Counted from the first letter of the stretch, positions 7,992 to 18,472 are shown. The stretch: 64,000 nt of DNA from an uncultured Chlamydiae bacterium (GCA_937996705.1 CALKUQ010000042.1:38298-102297), one strand, 5' to 3'. Notes: a model not told the origin generated them from the sequence alone. Numbers and translations are program-made.

Positions 7992-9414
7992 AAAGTTAAT
8001 TGAGGGTCTCAATATCAAAATTGCCAAAGGCTCAAAAGATATTGAAATTGCAGGTCTTTCTAGTAATTCTAAACAAGTAGCCCCCGGCTTTCTCTATATT
8101 GCGATTCGAGGAAAGACCCATGATGGGAATCAATATGTAGGAGATGCAATTCTCGCAGGAGCTTCTGCGATTTTAAGTGATCTCTACAACCCATTTTTAG
8201 AAGGAGTAGTCCAAATGATTACTTCTGATACAAAGGGTCTTGAGGCTATTTTAGCTGCTAGGTTTTATGACAATCCCCATGAAAAACTTTTTCTTGTAGG
8301 AATTACGGGGACAAATGGAAAAACAACGACCTCTTATTTAGTGAAACACCTTCTCCAGGATTGTGGATTAATCGGAGGGGTCGAATCTATTATTGGGGAG
8401 CATAGAATAAAAAGTGACTTGACAACCCCAGACTGTATTACTTGTTATAAACTTTTAAAGGAGATGGGGTCTTTAAAAATCCCGGCAGCAGTCATGGAAG
8501 TGAGTTCTCATGCCCTTTCTCAAAATAGAGTGGATGGTATTTTTTACGACGTAGCTCTCTTTACTAATTTAACCCCAGAACACCTTGATTATCATGCTGA
8601 TATAAATTCGTATGCGGCTGAAAAAGCAAAGCTTTTTCGTAAGCTAAAGAAGAGTGGCGTTGCAATTTTAAATATAGATAATCCCTGGGCTGAAGTTATG
8701 AAGAGTGAGAATAGGGTGATTACTTATAGTACGAGGCAAGAGGCCGATTTTAGTGCAAAAGAGATTCGGATGGAGTTGAGTGGAACGAAGTTTATTCTTT
8801 CTTGTTTTGGTAAAGAAGTGGAAATTCATCTTCCCTTAATTGGAAAATTTAATGTCTACAATGCGCTTGCTGCGATTGCTGTAGCTTACATGAGGGGAAT
8901 TGCCCTTACCAAAATACAAGAGAGGATCTCAAATTTCCAATCAGTACCAGGTAGAATGCAAGCAGTTGCCTGCAAGGAGGGAAGTTATGTCTTCGTCGAT
9001 TTTGCACATAAAACAGATGCGTTGAAAAACGTCTTAGAAACTTTGTATGAGTTAAAAAAGGGAAAGATCATCACAGTTTTTGGCTGTGGCGGGAATCGAG
9101 ACCGTGAAAAGAGGCCTGAAATGGCAAAAGTAGCAGAAAATTATAGCGACATTGTAATTGTTACAACAGATAATCCTAGAAAGGAAGATCCAGAAGAAAT
9201 TATTCGAGAGATTCAAAAGGGATTTCAAAAGAAAATTTATCTAATAGAAATTGACCGAAGAAAAGCGATAGAAAAAGGGTTATCCCTTTTAAATAAAGGG
9301 GATACTCTCTTAATTGCTGGGAAAGGTCACGAAACAAATCAGATTTTTGCAGAGCGTTCTATCTTTTTTGATGATGTCAGGGTTGCAGAGGAATTGGCAA
9401 ATACGGTAAGTTGA
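7981..9414 (+). CDS. murE: UDP-MurNAc-L-Ala-D-Glu:meso-DAP ligase MurE
   Basis: It contains the GITGTNGKTTT P-loop and the DNPR motif (TTDNPRKEDP) typical of DAP-adding MurE. I chose the start MKLKKLIEG at 7981; the ORF track starts at 7960. Confidence 0.9.
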   Translation: MKLKKLIEGLNIKIAKGSKDIEIAGLSSNSKQVAPGFLYIAIRGKTHDGNQYVGDAILAGASAILSDLYNPFLEGVVQMITSDTKGLEAILAARFYDNPHEKLFLVGITGTNGKTTTSYLVKHLLQDCGLIGGVESIIGEHRIKSDLTTPDCITCYKLLKEMGSLKIPAAVMEVSSHALSQNRVDGIFYDVALFTNLTPEHLDYHADINSYAAEKAKLFRKLKKSGVAILNIDNPWAEVMKSENRVITYSTRQEADFSAKEIRMELSGTKFILSCFGKEVEIHLPLIGKFNVYNALAAIAVAYMRGIALTKIQERISNFQSVPGRMQAVACKEGSYVFVDFAHKTDALKNVLETLYELKKGKIITVFGCGGNRDREKRPEMAKVAENYSDIVIVTTDNPRKEDPEEIIREIQKGFQKKIYLIEIDRRKAIEKGLSLLNKGDTLLIAGKGHETNQIFAERSIFFDDVRVAEELANTVS

Positions 9415-9418
9415 TACC

Positions 9419-10108
9419 ATGGTAAGAATTTTTACTTTATGCCTCGCTCTTCTTTTTTTAGGCTCTTGCGCCACAAATAAGAACAAAATAGAGCCAAGCG
9501 CTTATAGACACAAGCCCCAAGAAGTGAAAGTAGCTCCTCATAAAAAGGAGCTTGTCCCGCTCGTAGTCATAGATGCAGGACATGGTGGTTTTGACCTTGG
9601 TACTCACAGTAAAAATTATGAGGAAAAAGAGGTCTGTCTAAAATTATCCCTTTTCTTGAGAAAACACTTAGAAAAAGCAGGGTACCATGTTGTTATGACT
9701 CGTAGTCGTGATGAGTATCTCCCCCTTAAAAAGAGGGCTGAAATTGCAAATCAGGCTAAATGTCAGCTCTTGATCAGCATTCATTGTAACTCTGCAAAAA
9801 ATACGAGCGCTAAAGGAATTGAAATTTTTTACACCAAGAAGACCGAGCCTTGGAGAGCCAAAAAGTCTAAAGAACTTGCTCAAAGCATCCTCTCAAGCAT
9901 GCTTCATGAAACTGGATCTGAATCCAGGGGCATTAAAGAGGGTAATTTCTGCGTGATTCGAGAGACAAAAATGCCCTCAATTCTCATAGAAGCTGGATTT
10001 CTTTCCAATGAAGAAGATCGGAAAAAATTAAGTAATGATTTCTATTTAGATACTGTTGCCAAGTCAATTACAAATGGTGTTAATAAATATTTTCAAGAAA
10101 CTCACTAA
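9419..10108 (+). CDS. amiA: N-acetylmuramoyl-L-alanine amidase (AmiA-like lipoprotein)
   Basis: It has a lipobox LLFLGSCAT and Amidase_3 motifs IDAGHGGFDLGT, SIHCNS and EAGFLSN. Confidence 0.85.
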   Translation: MVRIFTLCLALLFLGSCATNKNKIEPSAYRHKPQEVKVAPHKKELVPLVVIDAGHGGFDLGTHSKNYEEKEVCLKLSLFLRKHLEKAGYHVVMTRSRDEYLPLKKRAEIANQAKCQLLISIHCNSAKNTSAKGIEIFYTKKTEPWRAKKSKELAQSILSSMLHETGSESRGIKEGNFCVIRETKMPSILIEAGFLSNEEDRKKLSNDFYLDTVAKSITNGVNKYFQETH

Positions 10109-10766
10109 TTCCTTTGTACAAGCAGGCAAAGCTTCCTATCGTTACAGATTTTATTCCCGCTCCTTTCAAAAGAGTATTGATTGAGCTAATCTTGATTCTT
10201 TTTTGCCAAAGGGTGAGGGCAGTATCTGCGGGATGGCCTATAAAACTCCCAATTGCCCCAGTGACAAAAGTCGATCCATATTCGATATGCTTCCCTGGTT
10301 CGAAACAATGATGCATAGAATCACTTGCATAGCGACTGATTCGGATTGAAAAAAGAAAACTAATTTCTCGCGTAATAATTGCTCCACTTTGTTTTGCAGA
10401 TAAAGCCCTTAGAGATTCTATACCCCTTTTTTTTATGGTTTGTCCGTTGAATACAGCAAGGGCAGGAGCGGAGACTGCACCGACAAAAATTGAGCTTAAC
10501 AGGATCGAGTTAAAATCAGCGCTTTTTCCCTCCATAAGTAATTTTTCCATAGCTTTTTGCGCAATCATTTGAGTTCCAAAAATAGCGCCAACTGTCGGCG
10601 CAGCCTTAAATCCAGATACTAGGGAAAATTTTGGACTTGGTAGGCTTAGTTGTTTTGCTGATTTTAGTTCAAATCCGTAGAAAACGGGGATAACTGCAAT
10701 ACCTGCAGCGGAGGGGGGGATTACGTAAGGGGCAATTGTATGCCAAATTTCGGCGACTGTAGACAT
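10080..10766 (-). CDS. Hypothetical polytopic membrane protein with apparent 3-fold internal repeat
   Basis: It is Gly/Ala-rich and hydrophobic. Three roughly 70-aa units each hold a G-x-x-x-x-P...basic motif; the third reads GHPADTALTLWQKRIK. Confidence 0.5.
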   Translation of the reverse strand: MSTVAEIWHTIAPYVIPPSAAGIAVIPVFYGFELKSAKQLSLPSPKFSLVSGFKAAPTVGAIFGTQMIAQKAMEKLLMEGKSADFNSILLSSIFVGAVSAPALAVFNGQTIKKRGIESLRALSAKQSGAIITREISFLFSIRISRYASDSMHHCFEPGKHIEYGSTFVTGAIGSFIGHPADTALTLWQKRIKISSINTLLKGAGIKSVTIGSFACLYKGISEFLENIY

Positions 10767-10937
10767 AAGATTCGGATTTAACTTCCTAGAGACAAAATAG
10801 TTAAAAGTATTTTAGTTTTTTAGTCGAAGCAAAGTATAAGGGATCTTCTGATTTCTTTCGTTAAGAATTTAATCAGAGGAGTCTAATTTTTTGAAAAATA
10901 GGTAGAATAATATGGCTGAGATGGAGATATTAAAGTT

Positions 10938-11010
10938 CGTCCTCGGCGCGACTTGAACGCGCGACCTGCCGCTTAGGAGGCGACCGCTCTATCCGCTGAG
11001 CTACGAGGAC
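10938..11010 (-). tRNA. tRNA-Arg (anticodon CCU), CCA not encoded
   Basis: The hand-folded cloverleaf is GTCCTCG/TA/GCTC..GAGC/GTCGC-CTCCTAA-GCGGC/AGGTC/GCGCG-TTCAAGT-CGCGC/CGAGGAC-G. Confidence 0.9.
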
Positions 11011-11065
11011 AAAAATGTGGAATTAATGATATGCTAAAGACAAATTATTCTGAAGGGGAGTTTTT

Positions 11066-12517
11066 ATGAAGCAGGCAGATGTTGGTCTTATAGGACTTGC
11101 AGTGATGGGGCAAAACCTCATTTTGAATATGAATGATCACGGGTTTACAGTAGCCTGCTTTAATAGGACAGTAAGTAAAGTAGACGATTTTATAGCAGGA
11201 CCAGCTAAAGGGACTAACATCATCGGCTGCAAGACCTTACAAGAATTTGTTTCTAAATTAAAGTCGCCTCGAAAAATCATGATGATGGTGAAAGCGGGCG
11301 AAGCTGTGGATGATTTAATTGGAGAATTAGTCCCCCTTCTTGACAAAGGGGACATTTTAATTGATGGAGGCAATAGCCATTTTACGGATACAGAGAGAAG
11401 GTGTAATGAGCTTGAGGCTAAAGGATTTTTGTTTGTAGGGTGTGGTGTTTCTGGGGGTGAAGAGGGGGCTAGAAATGGACCATCCATGATGCCAGGGGGG
11501 CATGCAAAAGCTTGGCCTTTGGTAAAGGAGATTATTCAAACAATTGCAGCAAAGACGGATAAAGGAGAGCCTTGTGCGGATTGGCTAGGAAACGGTGGGG
11601 CAGGTCATTTTGTAAAAATGGTCCACAATGGAATTGAGTATGGAGATATCCAGATCATTTGTGAGGCCTACGACATGATGCTCAGGATTATGGATTTGAG
11701 CGAGGATGCCATGGCTGAAATTTTCAGGACATGGAATAAAGGGGAGCTAGATAGCTTTTTAATTGAAATCACAGCCAACGTTCTTGCTTATAAAGATATT
11801 GATGGAAAAGCACTTGTATCAAAGATATTAGATAAAGCAGGTGCTAAAGGGACTGGAAAATGGACTACAGAAAGTGCTTTAGAAGAGGGGATGCCCCTCT
11901 CTTTAATTGGGGAGGCTGTTTTTGCAAGATCGCTTTCAACTCTTAAAGATGAAAGGGTTAAGCTCAATAAGGTCTTTAAAAGGAATATCCGTCTCTTTAT
12001 TGAAGAGAGAGAAGAGACAATAGAGAATATTAAAAAAGCTTTATACGCCTCAAAGATCATCAGTTACACACAAGGTTATATGTTGATGAGAGCTGCTTCA
12101 GAGCACTACAAGTGGGATCTTAACTACGGCAATATTGCTCTAATTTGGCAAAACGGGTGCATCATTCGAAGCGTCTTTTTAAGCAAAATTAAAGAGGCTT
12201 TTGATAAAAATAAGGACCTTCAAAATTTACTCTACGATGATTTCTTTAAAAGCGCAGTTGTTAGAGCATTAGAAGGTTGGAGAAAAGCAGTCGTTTTGGC
12301 TGTTGAACATGGAGTTCCGACCCCCTGTTTTAGCTCAGCTATCGCCTGGTTTGATGGGGCGACCTCAGAGAGATTGCCAGCAAATCTACTCCAAGGGTTA
12401 CGCGACTATTTTGGAGCTCACACCTATGAGAGGATAGATAAGCCTCAAGGGACATTCTTTCATACAAATTGGACAGGGCTTGGAGGAAGTGCTGCATCAG
12501 GATCCTACAATGCCTGA
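11066..12517 (+). CDS. gnd: 6-phosphogluconate dehydrogenase (decarboxylating)
   Basis: It has the N-terminal GLIGLAVMGQNLILN Rossmann motif and GGNSHF, HNGIEYGDIQ and GTGKWT motifs. Length is 483 aa. Confidence 0.95.
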   Translation: MKQADVGLIGLAVMGQNLILNMNDHGFTVACFNRTVSKVDDFIAGPAKGTNIIGCKTLQEFVSKLKSPRKIMMMVKAGEAVDDLIGELVPLLDKGDILIDGGNSHFTDTERRCNELEAKGFLFVGCGVSGGEEGARNGPSMMPGGHAKAWPLVKEIIQTIAAKTDKGEPCADWLGNGGAGHFVKMVHNGIEYGDIQIICEAYDMMLRIMDLSEDAMAEIFRTWNKGELDSFLIEITANVLAYKDIDGKALVSKILDKAGAKGTGKWTTESALEEGMPLSLIGEAVFARSLSTLKDERVKLNKVFKRNIRLFIEEREETIENIKKALYASKIISYTQGYMLMRAASEHYKWDLNYGNIALIWQNGCIIRSVFLSKIKEAFDKNKDLQNLLYDDFFKSAVVRALEGWRKAVVLAVEHGVPTPCFSSAIAWFDGATSERLPANLLQGLRDYFGAHTYERIDKPQGTFFHTNWTGLGGSAASGSYNA

Positions 12518-13208
12518 AACTGTTTGGCTTCTTTGTGATGGGCGTTTTGATTTTGTAGAGAAAAACTATTTTTTGGATGGAAGAGACGATATACGAGTAA
12601 CCACTCCAGTCAATTGTTTTTTGATTAAAACTAACGAAGGTTTTGGTCTGATAGACACAGGGTGTGGCAACTATTTCGGTCCTAGTTGCGGCCACCTTGA
12701 AAAGGCCTTAAAAAAAAGTGGTCATGAAATAAGAGATGTGCAGTTTATTTTTCTTACCCACCTTCATCCCGATCACATCGGTGGGTTACCCCTTTTCCCC
12801 AAAGTGAAACTTTTTATTCCAAAGAGGGAGTTTGAGCATTGGATCAATCCTTCCCAAGAAATCGAGATGACAGAGCGTAATAAAAAGTACCTCCCCTTTG
12901 TTCGCAAAACAATAGAGGGGCATGAAGGGGAGATCCAGCTTATCGAACCTGGTCAAATATCTGTCCCCACAATAACCGCCTTGGCAGCCTATGGCCACAC
13001 CCCCGGCCACACCGCCTACCTCTATCAAAACACCCTCTTCTGTGGCGATATCATCTCCGATCTACAACGAAATTCTTTAGAAAGAGCTACCGTCTTTGAT
13101 CATAACCCTCAAGAGGCTATGAATACTAGGCTTAAGCTAAATAGCTTAGCACTTTCTCGACACTATACTCTTGCAGGCCCTCACCTTAGCACGCTACTTT
13201 CTTTATAG
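12510..13208 (+). CDS. MBL-fold metallo-hydrolase
   Basis: It carries the HxHxDH motif (THLHPDHIGG) and a later YGHTPGH. I chose the ATG at 12510, which overlaps the gnd stop. Confidence 0.8.
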   Translation: MPETVWLLCDGRFDFVEKNYFLDGRDDIRVTTPVNCFLIKTNEGFGLIDTGCGNYFGPSCGHLEKALKKSGHEIRDVQFIFLTHLHPDHIGGLPLFPKVKLFIPKREFEHWINPSQEIEMTERNKKYLPFVRKTIEGHEGEIQLIEPGQISVPTITALAAYGHTPGHTAYLYQNTLFCGDIISDLQRNSLERATVFDHNPQEAMNTRLKLNSLALSRHYTLAGPHLSTLLSL

Positions 13209-13278
13209 GGATTTAGTCTTCATTATTTAATCGATTACCTTTATAATAACTGAGATAAAAATAATTTTTAGGAGTTTC

Positions 13279-14382
13279 ATGCTAATACCTATTTCAGATT
13301 GTATGAGCAATCTAGGTTCTTTCGCTCAGAGAGCTATTAGTTCTCCCTCTTATACCAGAATAACCGATATAGTAAAAAAAATTTTAAGCGATTTTGTTTC
13401 GTTTGTAAGTTATTGTATTGATAAATCAAAAGATTTCTTTAAAAGATTCTTTGAGGCTCCAAAAACGCCTGAGGCGGGAGCACAAGCACAAGCACAAGCA
13501 CAAGCAGGAGTAGGAGTAGGAGTAGGAGTAGGAGTAGGAGTAGGAGTAGGAGTAGGAGTAGGAGCTGGAGCAGCAGTTGGCTCTGTCGGGGGGGATTTAG
13601 CGATGAGTTCCTATCCCAAGGAGTTCCTTGACATGCAAGTGTTTGTTCGGGGGATTGTTCCACTATTTGAAAGAGAAGATCTAACAGCGGTACAAATGGA
13701 GGGGCGTGATCAACTTTCTAACGACTATCAGGTTATGCCAATGCTCAATCAAGTTTTGGCCTACCCCCTTTTTATCGGTGGTGCTTACGCCCAAGGCCCT
13801 CGATATGGCGTTGAGTTTTTTGATAGGAGTCGTTTTAGCTCTACTTCTTTTAGAAGAGAAGCTAGAGGGATAGAAGTGATCGGGGTTGATCCAGCTGATG
13901 GGGGGGATATTGTTGGTAAGAGAGCAATTACACCTATTCCTGCATCTTTTGGTCTAATTATTCGAGCAGTAAAAAACAGAGGAGATGGTTCATTTGATTA
14001 TTATCAGACATCTGGTGAGGATCTTTTAGTCAATCACTTAGCAGGTAGTCCAGAGGAGGAAGTTAGATTGGAGTGTTTCACCCTTCCTGTCGTGAAAACT
14101 TTAATGGTTAAAGCGCTTCAAGAGCTAGCTCAAGGAAATTCTGTACTAGTTCATTGCGCAATGGGCTCTGATAGAAGTGGGGCCTTAGGTTCACTTCTGA
14201 CAGCTTTGATTTACGATACAACAGTTCAGCAAGGGTCGCATTTTTTAAAATACTCGAGATTTGCGATATCACCGTTTAATTTTTTAAATTTTGGTCAGAT
14301 CTGTGAAGCTCTCCTTCCTCAATTGAAAGAGGATCTAGAAGTCACAGCCCTTTTGGAGCAAGTTCGAACGAATCATCCTTAA
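13279..14382 (+). CDS. CX5R (PTP/dual-specificity-type) phosphatase-like protein with (AQ)n(GV)n repeat linker; candidate effector
   Basis: The signature VLVHCAMGSDRSGALGSLL (HCX5R[ST], nt 14152-14178) is present. The N-terminal region is followed by AQAQAQAQAGVGVGVGVGVGVGVGVGVGAGA. Confidence 0.7.
   Translation: MLIPISDCMSNLGSFAQRAISSPSYTRITDIVKKILSDFVSFVSYCIDKSKDFFKRFFEAPKTPEAGAQAQAQAQAGVGVGVGVGVGVGVGVGVGAGAAVGSVGGDLAMSSYPKEFLDMQVFVRGIVPLFEREDLTAVQMEGRDQLSNDYQVMPMLNQVLAYPLFIGGAYAQGPRYGVEFFDRSRFSSTSFRREARGIEVIGVDPADGGDIVGKRAITPIPASFGLIIRAVKNRGDGSFDYYQTSGEDLLVNHLAGSPEEEVRLECFTLPVVKTLMVKALQELAQGNSVLVHCAMGSDRSGALGSLLTALIYDTTVQQGSHFLKYSRFAISPFNFLNFGQICEALLPQLKEDLEVTALLEQVRTNHP
13480..13572 (+). 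repeat. In-frame hexanucleotide microsatellites (GCACAA)4 then (GGAGTA)9 plus degenerate units
   Basis: Read directly: gcacaa x4 at 13480-13503, ggagta x9 at 13507-13560, then ggagct ggagca. Confidence 0.95.
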
Positions 14383-14611
14383 AAAAGGAGTTAATGATTA
14401 AAAGATGCATTTCGCTTTTGGGTTAAGAGCATTATTATCTCTTTGATCGCTTGCAGTGGGCCTATCTTCAAATAGGCCCGCGCGAGAAAAATTTAAATAG
14501 AAAGATGCTTGAAAGAAAAAAAGGGGTTTGAATCGAAATCCCTATAGATCTAAATTTGATACAATAAATCAAAAATAGACTCCTGTTAGTTCCATTTAAG
14601 AATAGCGAAAA

Positions 14612-16426
14612 TTAATCGTTATCGGTTTTGAGAATTTCGATGAAGGCCTCTTGAGGGATGCTCACTTTTCCGAATTCCTTCATCTTCTTTTTACCCTTTT
14701 TCTGCTTATCCCACAGCTTTCTCTTTCGGGTAATATCACCCCCGTAGCATTTAGCTGTTACGTTTTTGGACATTGCACTTAGGGTCTCTCTGGCAATAAT
14801 TTTTCCACCAACGGCTGCTTGGATAGGCACTTTAAACATTTGGCGAGGTATGACATCAAGAAGACGCTTGCACATCGCTCTACCTTTGAATTCTGCTTTC
14901 GATCTGTGAACAAGATTGGAAAAGGCGTCAATAGGTTCGTCATTTACTTTTACTTCAAGTTTAATAATGTCGCTTTGAAGGTAGCAATCTTGCTCGTAGT
15001 CAAATGAGGCGTAACCTTGTGTGATAGATTTAAGTTTGTCATTGAAGTCTATAATTACTTCATTAAGGGGCATTTTGAGGTGGAGATAGACCCTTGACCC
15101 GTCGATCGATTCGGTATTTACGAGTTCACCACGCTTTTCATGGGCTAGGCTCATAATCGAGCCGAGGTAGTCTGCTGGAGTAAGAATATTGCATTTTACC
15201 CAAGGTTCTTCCACAAAATCAATTACTGAGGGGTCGGGAAAATGGGAGGGGGTTTCGATTTCAAGCATTTTTCCGCTCGATAGGTGTACTCTGTATCGTA
15301 CGCTAGGGGCTGTTGTTAAAATATCGAGATCAAACTCTCGTTGGAGTCTTTCAAATACAATTTCTAGATGGAGTAGCCCTAAAAAGCCGCAACGAAAGCC
15401 TGTTCCGAGAATAAGCGAGGTTTCTGGCTCTACGCTAAGAGCAGAATCGTTAAGGCGAAGTTTATTCAGCGCATCAGTAAGAGCTTCAAAGTCAGAGGCG
15501 TCGACCGGGTAAATTGCGGCAAAAACAACGGGTAAAATTTGTTTAAATCCAGGAAGTGGTTCGGCGCAAGGCTTTAGTGAAGAGGTTAAGGTGTCTCCGA
15601 TTTTTACGTCAGACGGTTTTTTAATATTAGCAAGGACATAACCTACTTCCCCCGGATGAAGTTCCTCTATTGCTTTTTCACGAGGGCAAAAAATTCCGAC
15701 TTCTTGTACTTCAAACTCTTTATCGGTTGCCATGAGCTTGATGAGACTCTTTTTCGTGATCGTTCCGCTCATAACGCGGACATAGACCATCACACCTCTA
15801 TAGGTGTCGTAGTGGGAATCAAATACAAGCGCCCGCAACACTTTGTCTTCAGGTTCACTAGGGTGGGGAAGAGAGTAGACGATCTCTTCAAGCACCTCAG
15901 CAATTCCTTGGCCCGTTTTTGCCGATGTTAGAATTGCTTTAGATGGGTCGATATGGATAATCTCTTTAATTTGACGCTTAATGCTTTCAGGGTCAGCAGA
16001 GGGTAAGTCAATTTTGTTGATTACGGGAATCACTTCGAGCCCTTTATCAAGAGCTAAATGGACGTTAGCAAGGGTCTGAGCTTGGACCCCTTGTACCGAG
16101 TCGACAACCAAGAGAGCCCCTTCGCAAGCAGAAAGAGATCTAGATACTTCGTAAGAAAAATCGACGTGACCGGGAGTGTCGATAAAATTAATTTGATAGA
16201 GGTCGCCATCATGGGATGTGTAGTACATGGTTACTGGATGGGCTTTAATTGTGATCCCGCGCTCTCTTTCCAAGTCCATATCATCGAGGAGCTGCTCTTG
16301 CATATCCCGTTTAGCAACGGTTTGAGTCGTCTCTAGCAATCTGTCTGCAAGGGTCGATTTCCCATGATCAATATGTGCAATGATCGAAAAATTACGAATT
16401 TTGGTGATATCATATTTTCTGGACAT
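14612..16426 (-). CDS. lepA: Elongation factor 4 (LepA)
   Basis: The N-terminus reads [22 protein letters not shown], with DTPGHVDF and NKID GTPase motifs. Length is 604 aa. Confidence 0.95.
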   Translation of the reverse strand: MSRKYDITKIRNFSIIAHIDHGKSTLADRLLETTQTVAKRDMQEQLLDDMDLERERGITIKAHPVTMYYTSHDGDLYQINFIDTPGHVDFSYEVSRSLSACEGALLVVDSVQGVQAQTLANVHLALDKGLEVIPVINKIDLPSADPESIKRQIKEIIHIDPSKAILTSAKTGQGIAEVLEEIVYSLPHPSEPEDKVLRALVFDSHYDTYRGVMVYVRVMSGTITKKSLIKLMATDKEFEVQEVGIFCPREKAIEELHPGEVGYVLANIKKPSDVKIGDTLTSSLKPCAEPLPGFKQILPVVFAAIYPVDASDFEALTDALNKLRLNDSALSVEPETSLILGTGFRCGFLGLLHLEIVFERLQREFDLDILTTAPSVRYRVHLSSGKMLEIETPSHFPDPSVIDFVEEPWVKCNILTPADYLGSIMSLAHEKRGELVNTESIDGSRVYLHLKMPLNEVIIDFNDKLKSITQGYASFDYEQDCYLQSDIIKLEVKVNDEPIDAFSNLVHRSKAEFKGRAMCKRLLDVIPRQMFKVPIQAAVGGKIIARETLSAMSKNVTAKCYGGDITRKRKLWDKQKKGKKKMKEFGKVSIPQEAFIEILKTDND

Positions 16427-16578
16427 AGGACAATCAGTATACGCGAACCAGGATAGAAAAAAAAGCTCTTTTTTCTACTAGAAATCTAGGATAATATTCT
16501 TGGTAACGAATCTAGAGCTGCTAAAAAATCTCTAAATTTTCCCAATAAGGGGAATGGATCAACTTTCTCAAAGGTCTT

Positions 16579-18099
16579 CTAGGTAGAAAGCTTTTCGCTT
16601 TTTTCTTTTTCTGTAATCGCAATTTTGAATTTTTTATCCAGGGAGATGACCGCGATGATCCAGAGGAGGATGATCACTCCAAGGAAGATGCCGATATAGG
16701 GGGCCATTGCACTAATGCTACCAAGGGTAATAATGAGAAATTGTTGGATAAAGGCGCCCGATGATTTTCCAAATCTAGCCCCTACCACATCAACCGTAGC
16801 CTTTCCCTTTACTTTAAGTTCTTGGCTAAGAGGTATGTAAGCCATTTCTTTCGTAGGATCAAAAAGAGAGTATTTGGCAGACTTACTCATAATATTTTGG
16901 GACATTCCGAATATAACAGCGAGCCAAAGGGGAGTTGTGCCAAAGAGGGTAACTTGGGCGGCTAAATGCTCATTAAACAGCATGAAGGTGAAGAAGAGAC
17001 CTCCGGTAATTAATAAAACAACAGGGGTGATTAAAGCAGCTACTTTCCAGCCAAGTTTCCTAACAACATTACCTGTTACAAAAAACATCATCAGCATAGT
17101 AACAATTCCTGTAATTCGGGAGAATTGTCCCATAAAGGCGCTGTAGTCATTAGGATTAGGGAATTGAAGCTTTAGCTGGCTCTTCCAGGTGACTTCAATT
17201 AAATTAATGCACATTCCATATGCAATTACAAGAATAGCGATGCAGCCTAAATATTTGGACGATAATAAAAATTTTAAGCTCTCTTTTAGCGAAAGTTTTG
17301 GTTTATCTTCTTTAAGCTGTTTTTGAGCGGAGCTGTCATAAAATCTTGGGTCTGTTAGTACATACTTATTGATCCACCAATAAATGGCTAAAATGATTAA
17401 TCCCGATGCCACGACAACTAGCATTAATATGTCGAGAGAGACTTGCCAAGGATCAGCAACATTAAGGGTGGTTCTAAGGTTTGATGCCCAAATAATAAAA
17501 GTTCCGGCAAAAAATAGGGAGAGATTTGCCCCTAATCCAAATAAATTATAAAACCTTTTTGATTCATTTACTTTGGTAATATCATTAGCAAATCCCCAAA
17601 AAAGGAGGGATAGGCAAACGCTTCCCCACAGTTCTGACATGATATAAAAAAGGGAGAAAGTCCAATTGCGAATGATCGCAATTAATCCCATAAAGCCATC
17701 AGATAAATGAGCTTGCATCCAATCACAAAGAGCAACTGGGTGTAAAAACTCCCGATTTGGGTAGAGGATAAGAGAAAATAGTGCAAAAAAGAGGATAAAT
17801 GGGGTTACAGTTGCATAAAAGAGGGCAGGCTTGCTCAGGGCATTGCTCATTTTCGCATAGATAAACATAAAAATAAGGGCGCCAGGCAACACTCCATACA
17901 CTTTTAAAAAGGGGATAGCCTCTGCTCCCGAATTGGGTGCTGTTATAATTAGTGTGTCTTTTGTATCGCGCAATACTGTGTAATTAAACAAAATAAAAAA
18001 GAAGAGCAACAGCATCGGAATGAGTTTCTTGAGCTCATAACGGTATATGGGCCAAAAAAATGCCCGCGTTTTACTAAATGGTTTTGCCTCTTCTGTCAT
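16579..18099 (-). CDS. Nucleotide transport protein (NTT/Npt, TLC ATP/ADP translocase family)
   Basis: The polytopic protein has the characteristic N-terminal FFWPIYRYELKKLIPMLLLFFFILFNYTVLRDTKDTLI. It is a paralogue of 18882-20435. Confidence 0.9.
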   Translation of the reverse strand: MTEEAKPFSKTRAFFWPIYRYELKKLIPMLLLFFFILFNYTVLRDTKDTLIITAPNSGAEAIPFLKVYGVLPGALIFMFIYAKMSNALSKPALFYATVTPFILFFALFSLILYPNREFLHPVALCDWMQAHLSDGFMGLIAIIRNWTFSLFYIMSELWGSVCLSLLFWGFANDITKVNESKRFYNLFGLGANLSLFFAGTFIIWASNLRTTLNVADPWQVSLDILMLVVVASGLIILAIYWWINKYVLTDPRFYDSSAQKQLKEDKPKLSLKESLKFLLSSKYLGCIAILVIAYGMCINLIEVTWKSQLKLQFPNPNDYSAFMGQFSRITGIVTMLMMFFVTGNVVRKLGWKVAALITPVVLLITGGLFFTFMLFNEHLAAQVTLFGTTPLWLAVIFGMSQNIMSKSAKYSLFDPTKEMAYIPLSQELKVKGKATVDVVGARFGKSSGAFIQQFLIITLGSISAMAPYIGIFLGVIILLWIIAVISLDKKFKIAITEKEKSEKLST

Positions 18100-18416
18100 A
18101 CAGTTTTTAATTAGCAGAGGAAAAAAAATAAATCAATCAAAATAGATTTCTTTTACAACTAAAATAGGGGAGAAAGGTCTCTGCATTAGAGCTGCTTTTT
18201 TGACCAGGATTTTTCAAAGAGTACTACCCAGATTTAAACCTAGCCCTCTACATATTCGCCCATAGTGCCGACCAAAACAATCAAGATACTAGCTACAGGG
18301 CGAGTTAAAGTTTTTTGCACTAACCAAAAGAGCAGTGAAGTAGATTGGTTGTTGGAACCGGCGCTTACGGTGTAAGAATCGGGTTGTCGTATTCAGAATC
18401 TCTCTGACAGTGATCT

Positions 18417-18472
18417 TTAATCAATCGTTTTTTGCTAATTTGAAGAGTCTTAGCTTCAAAACGATTGATTAA
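18417..18472. repeat. 15-bp perfect inverted repeat ttaatcaatcgtttt / aaaacgattgattaa (26-nt loop)
   Basis: The arms lie at 18417-18431 and 18458-18472. The right arm is part of the 63-bp repeat. Confidence 0.8.

Noticed and set aside
13439-13663. A minus-strand 74-aa ORF with a poly-Leu run.
   Set aside because: It is just the antisense reading of the (GGAGTA)n/(GCACAA)n microsatellite inside the phosphatase-like gene, and it has no independent support.
14458-14479. The hairpin gggcctat-cttcaa-ataggccc between the convergent phosphatase-like gene and lepA.
   Set aside because: It has no U-tail on either strand. It may be a terminator, but the evidence is insufficient.
16454-16477. An A/T-only palindrome (tagaaaaaaaagctcttttttcta) considered as the terminator of ntt 16579-18099.
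   Set aside because: The stem is almost entirely A-T pairs and thermodynamically weak, so I cannot support a terminator call by eye.
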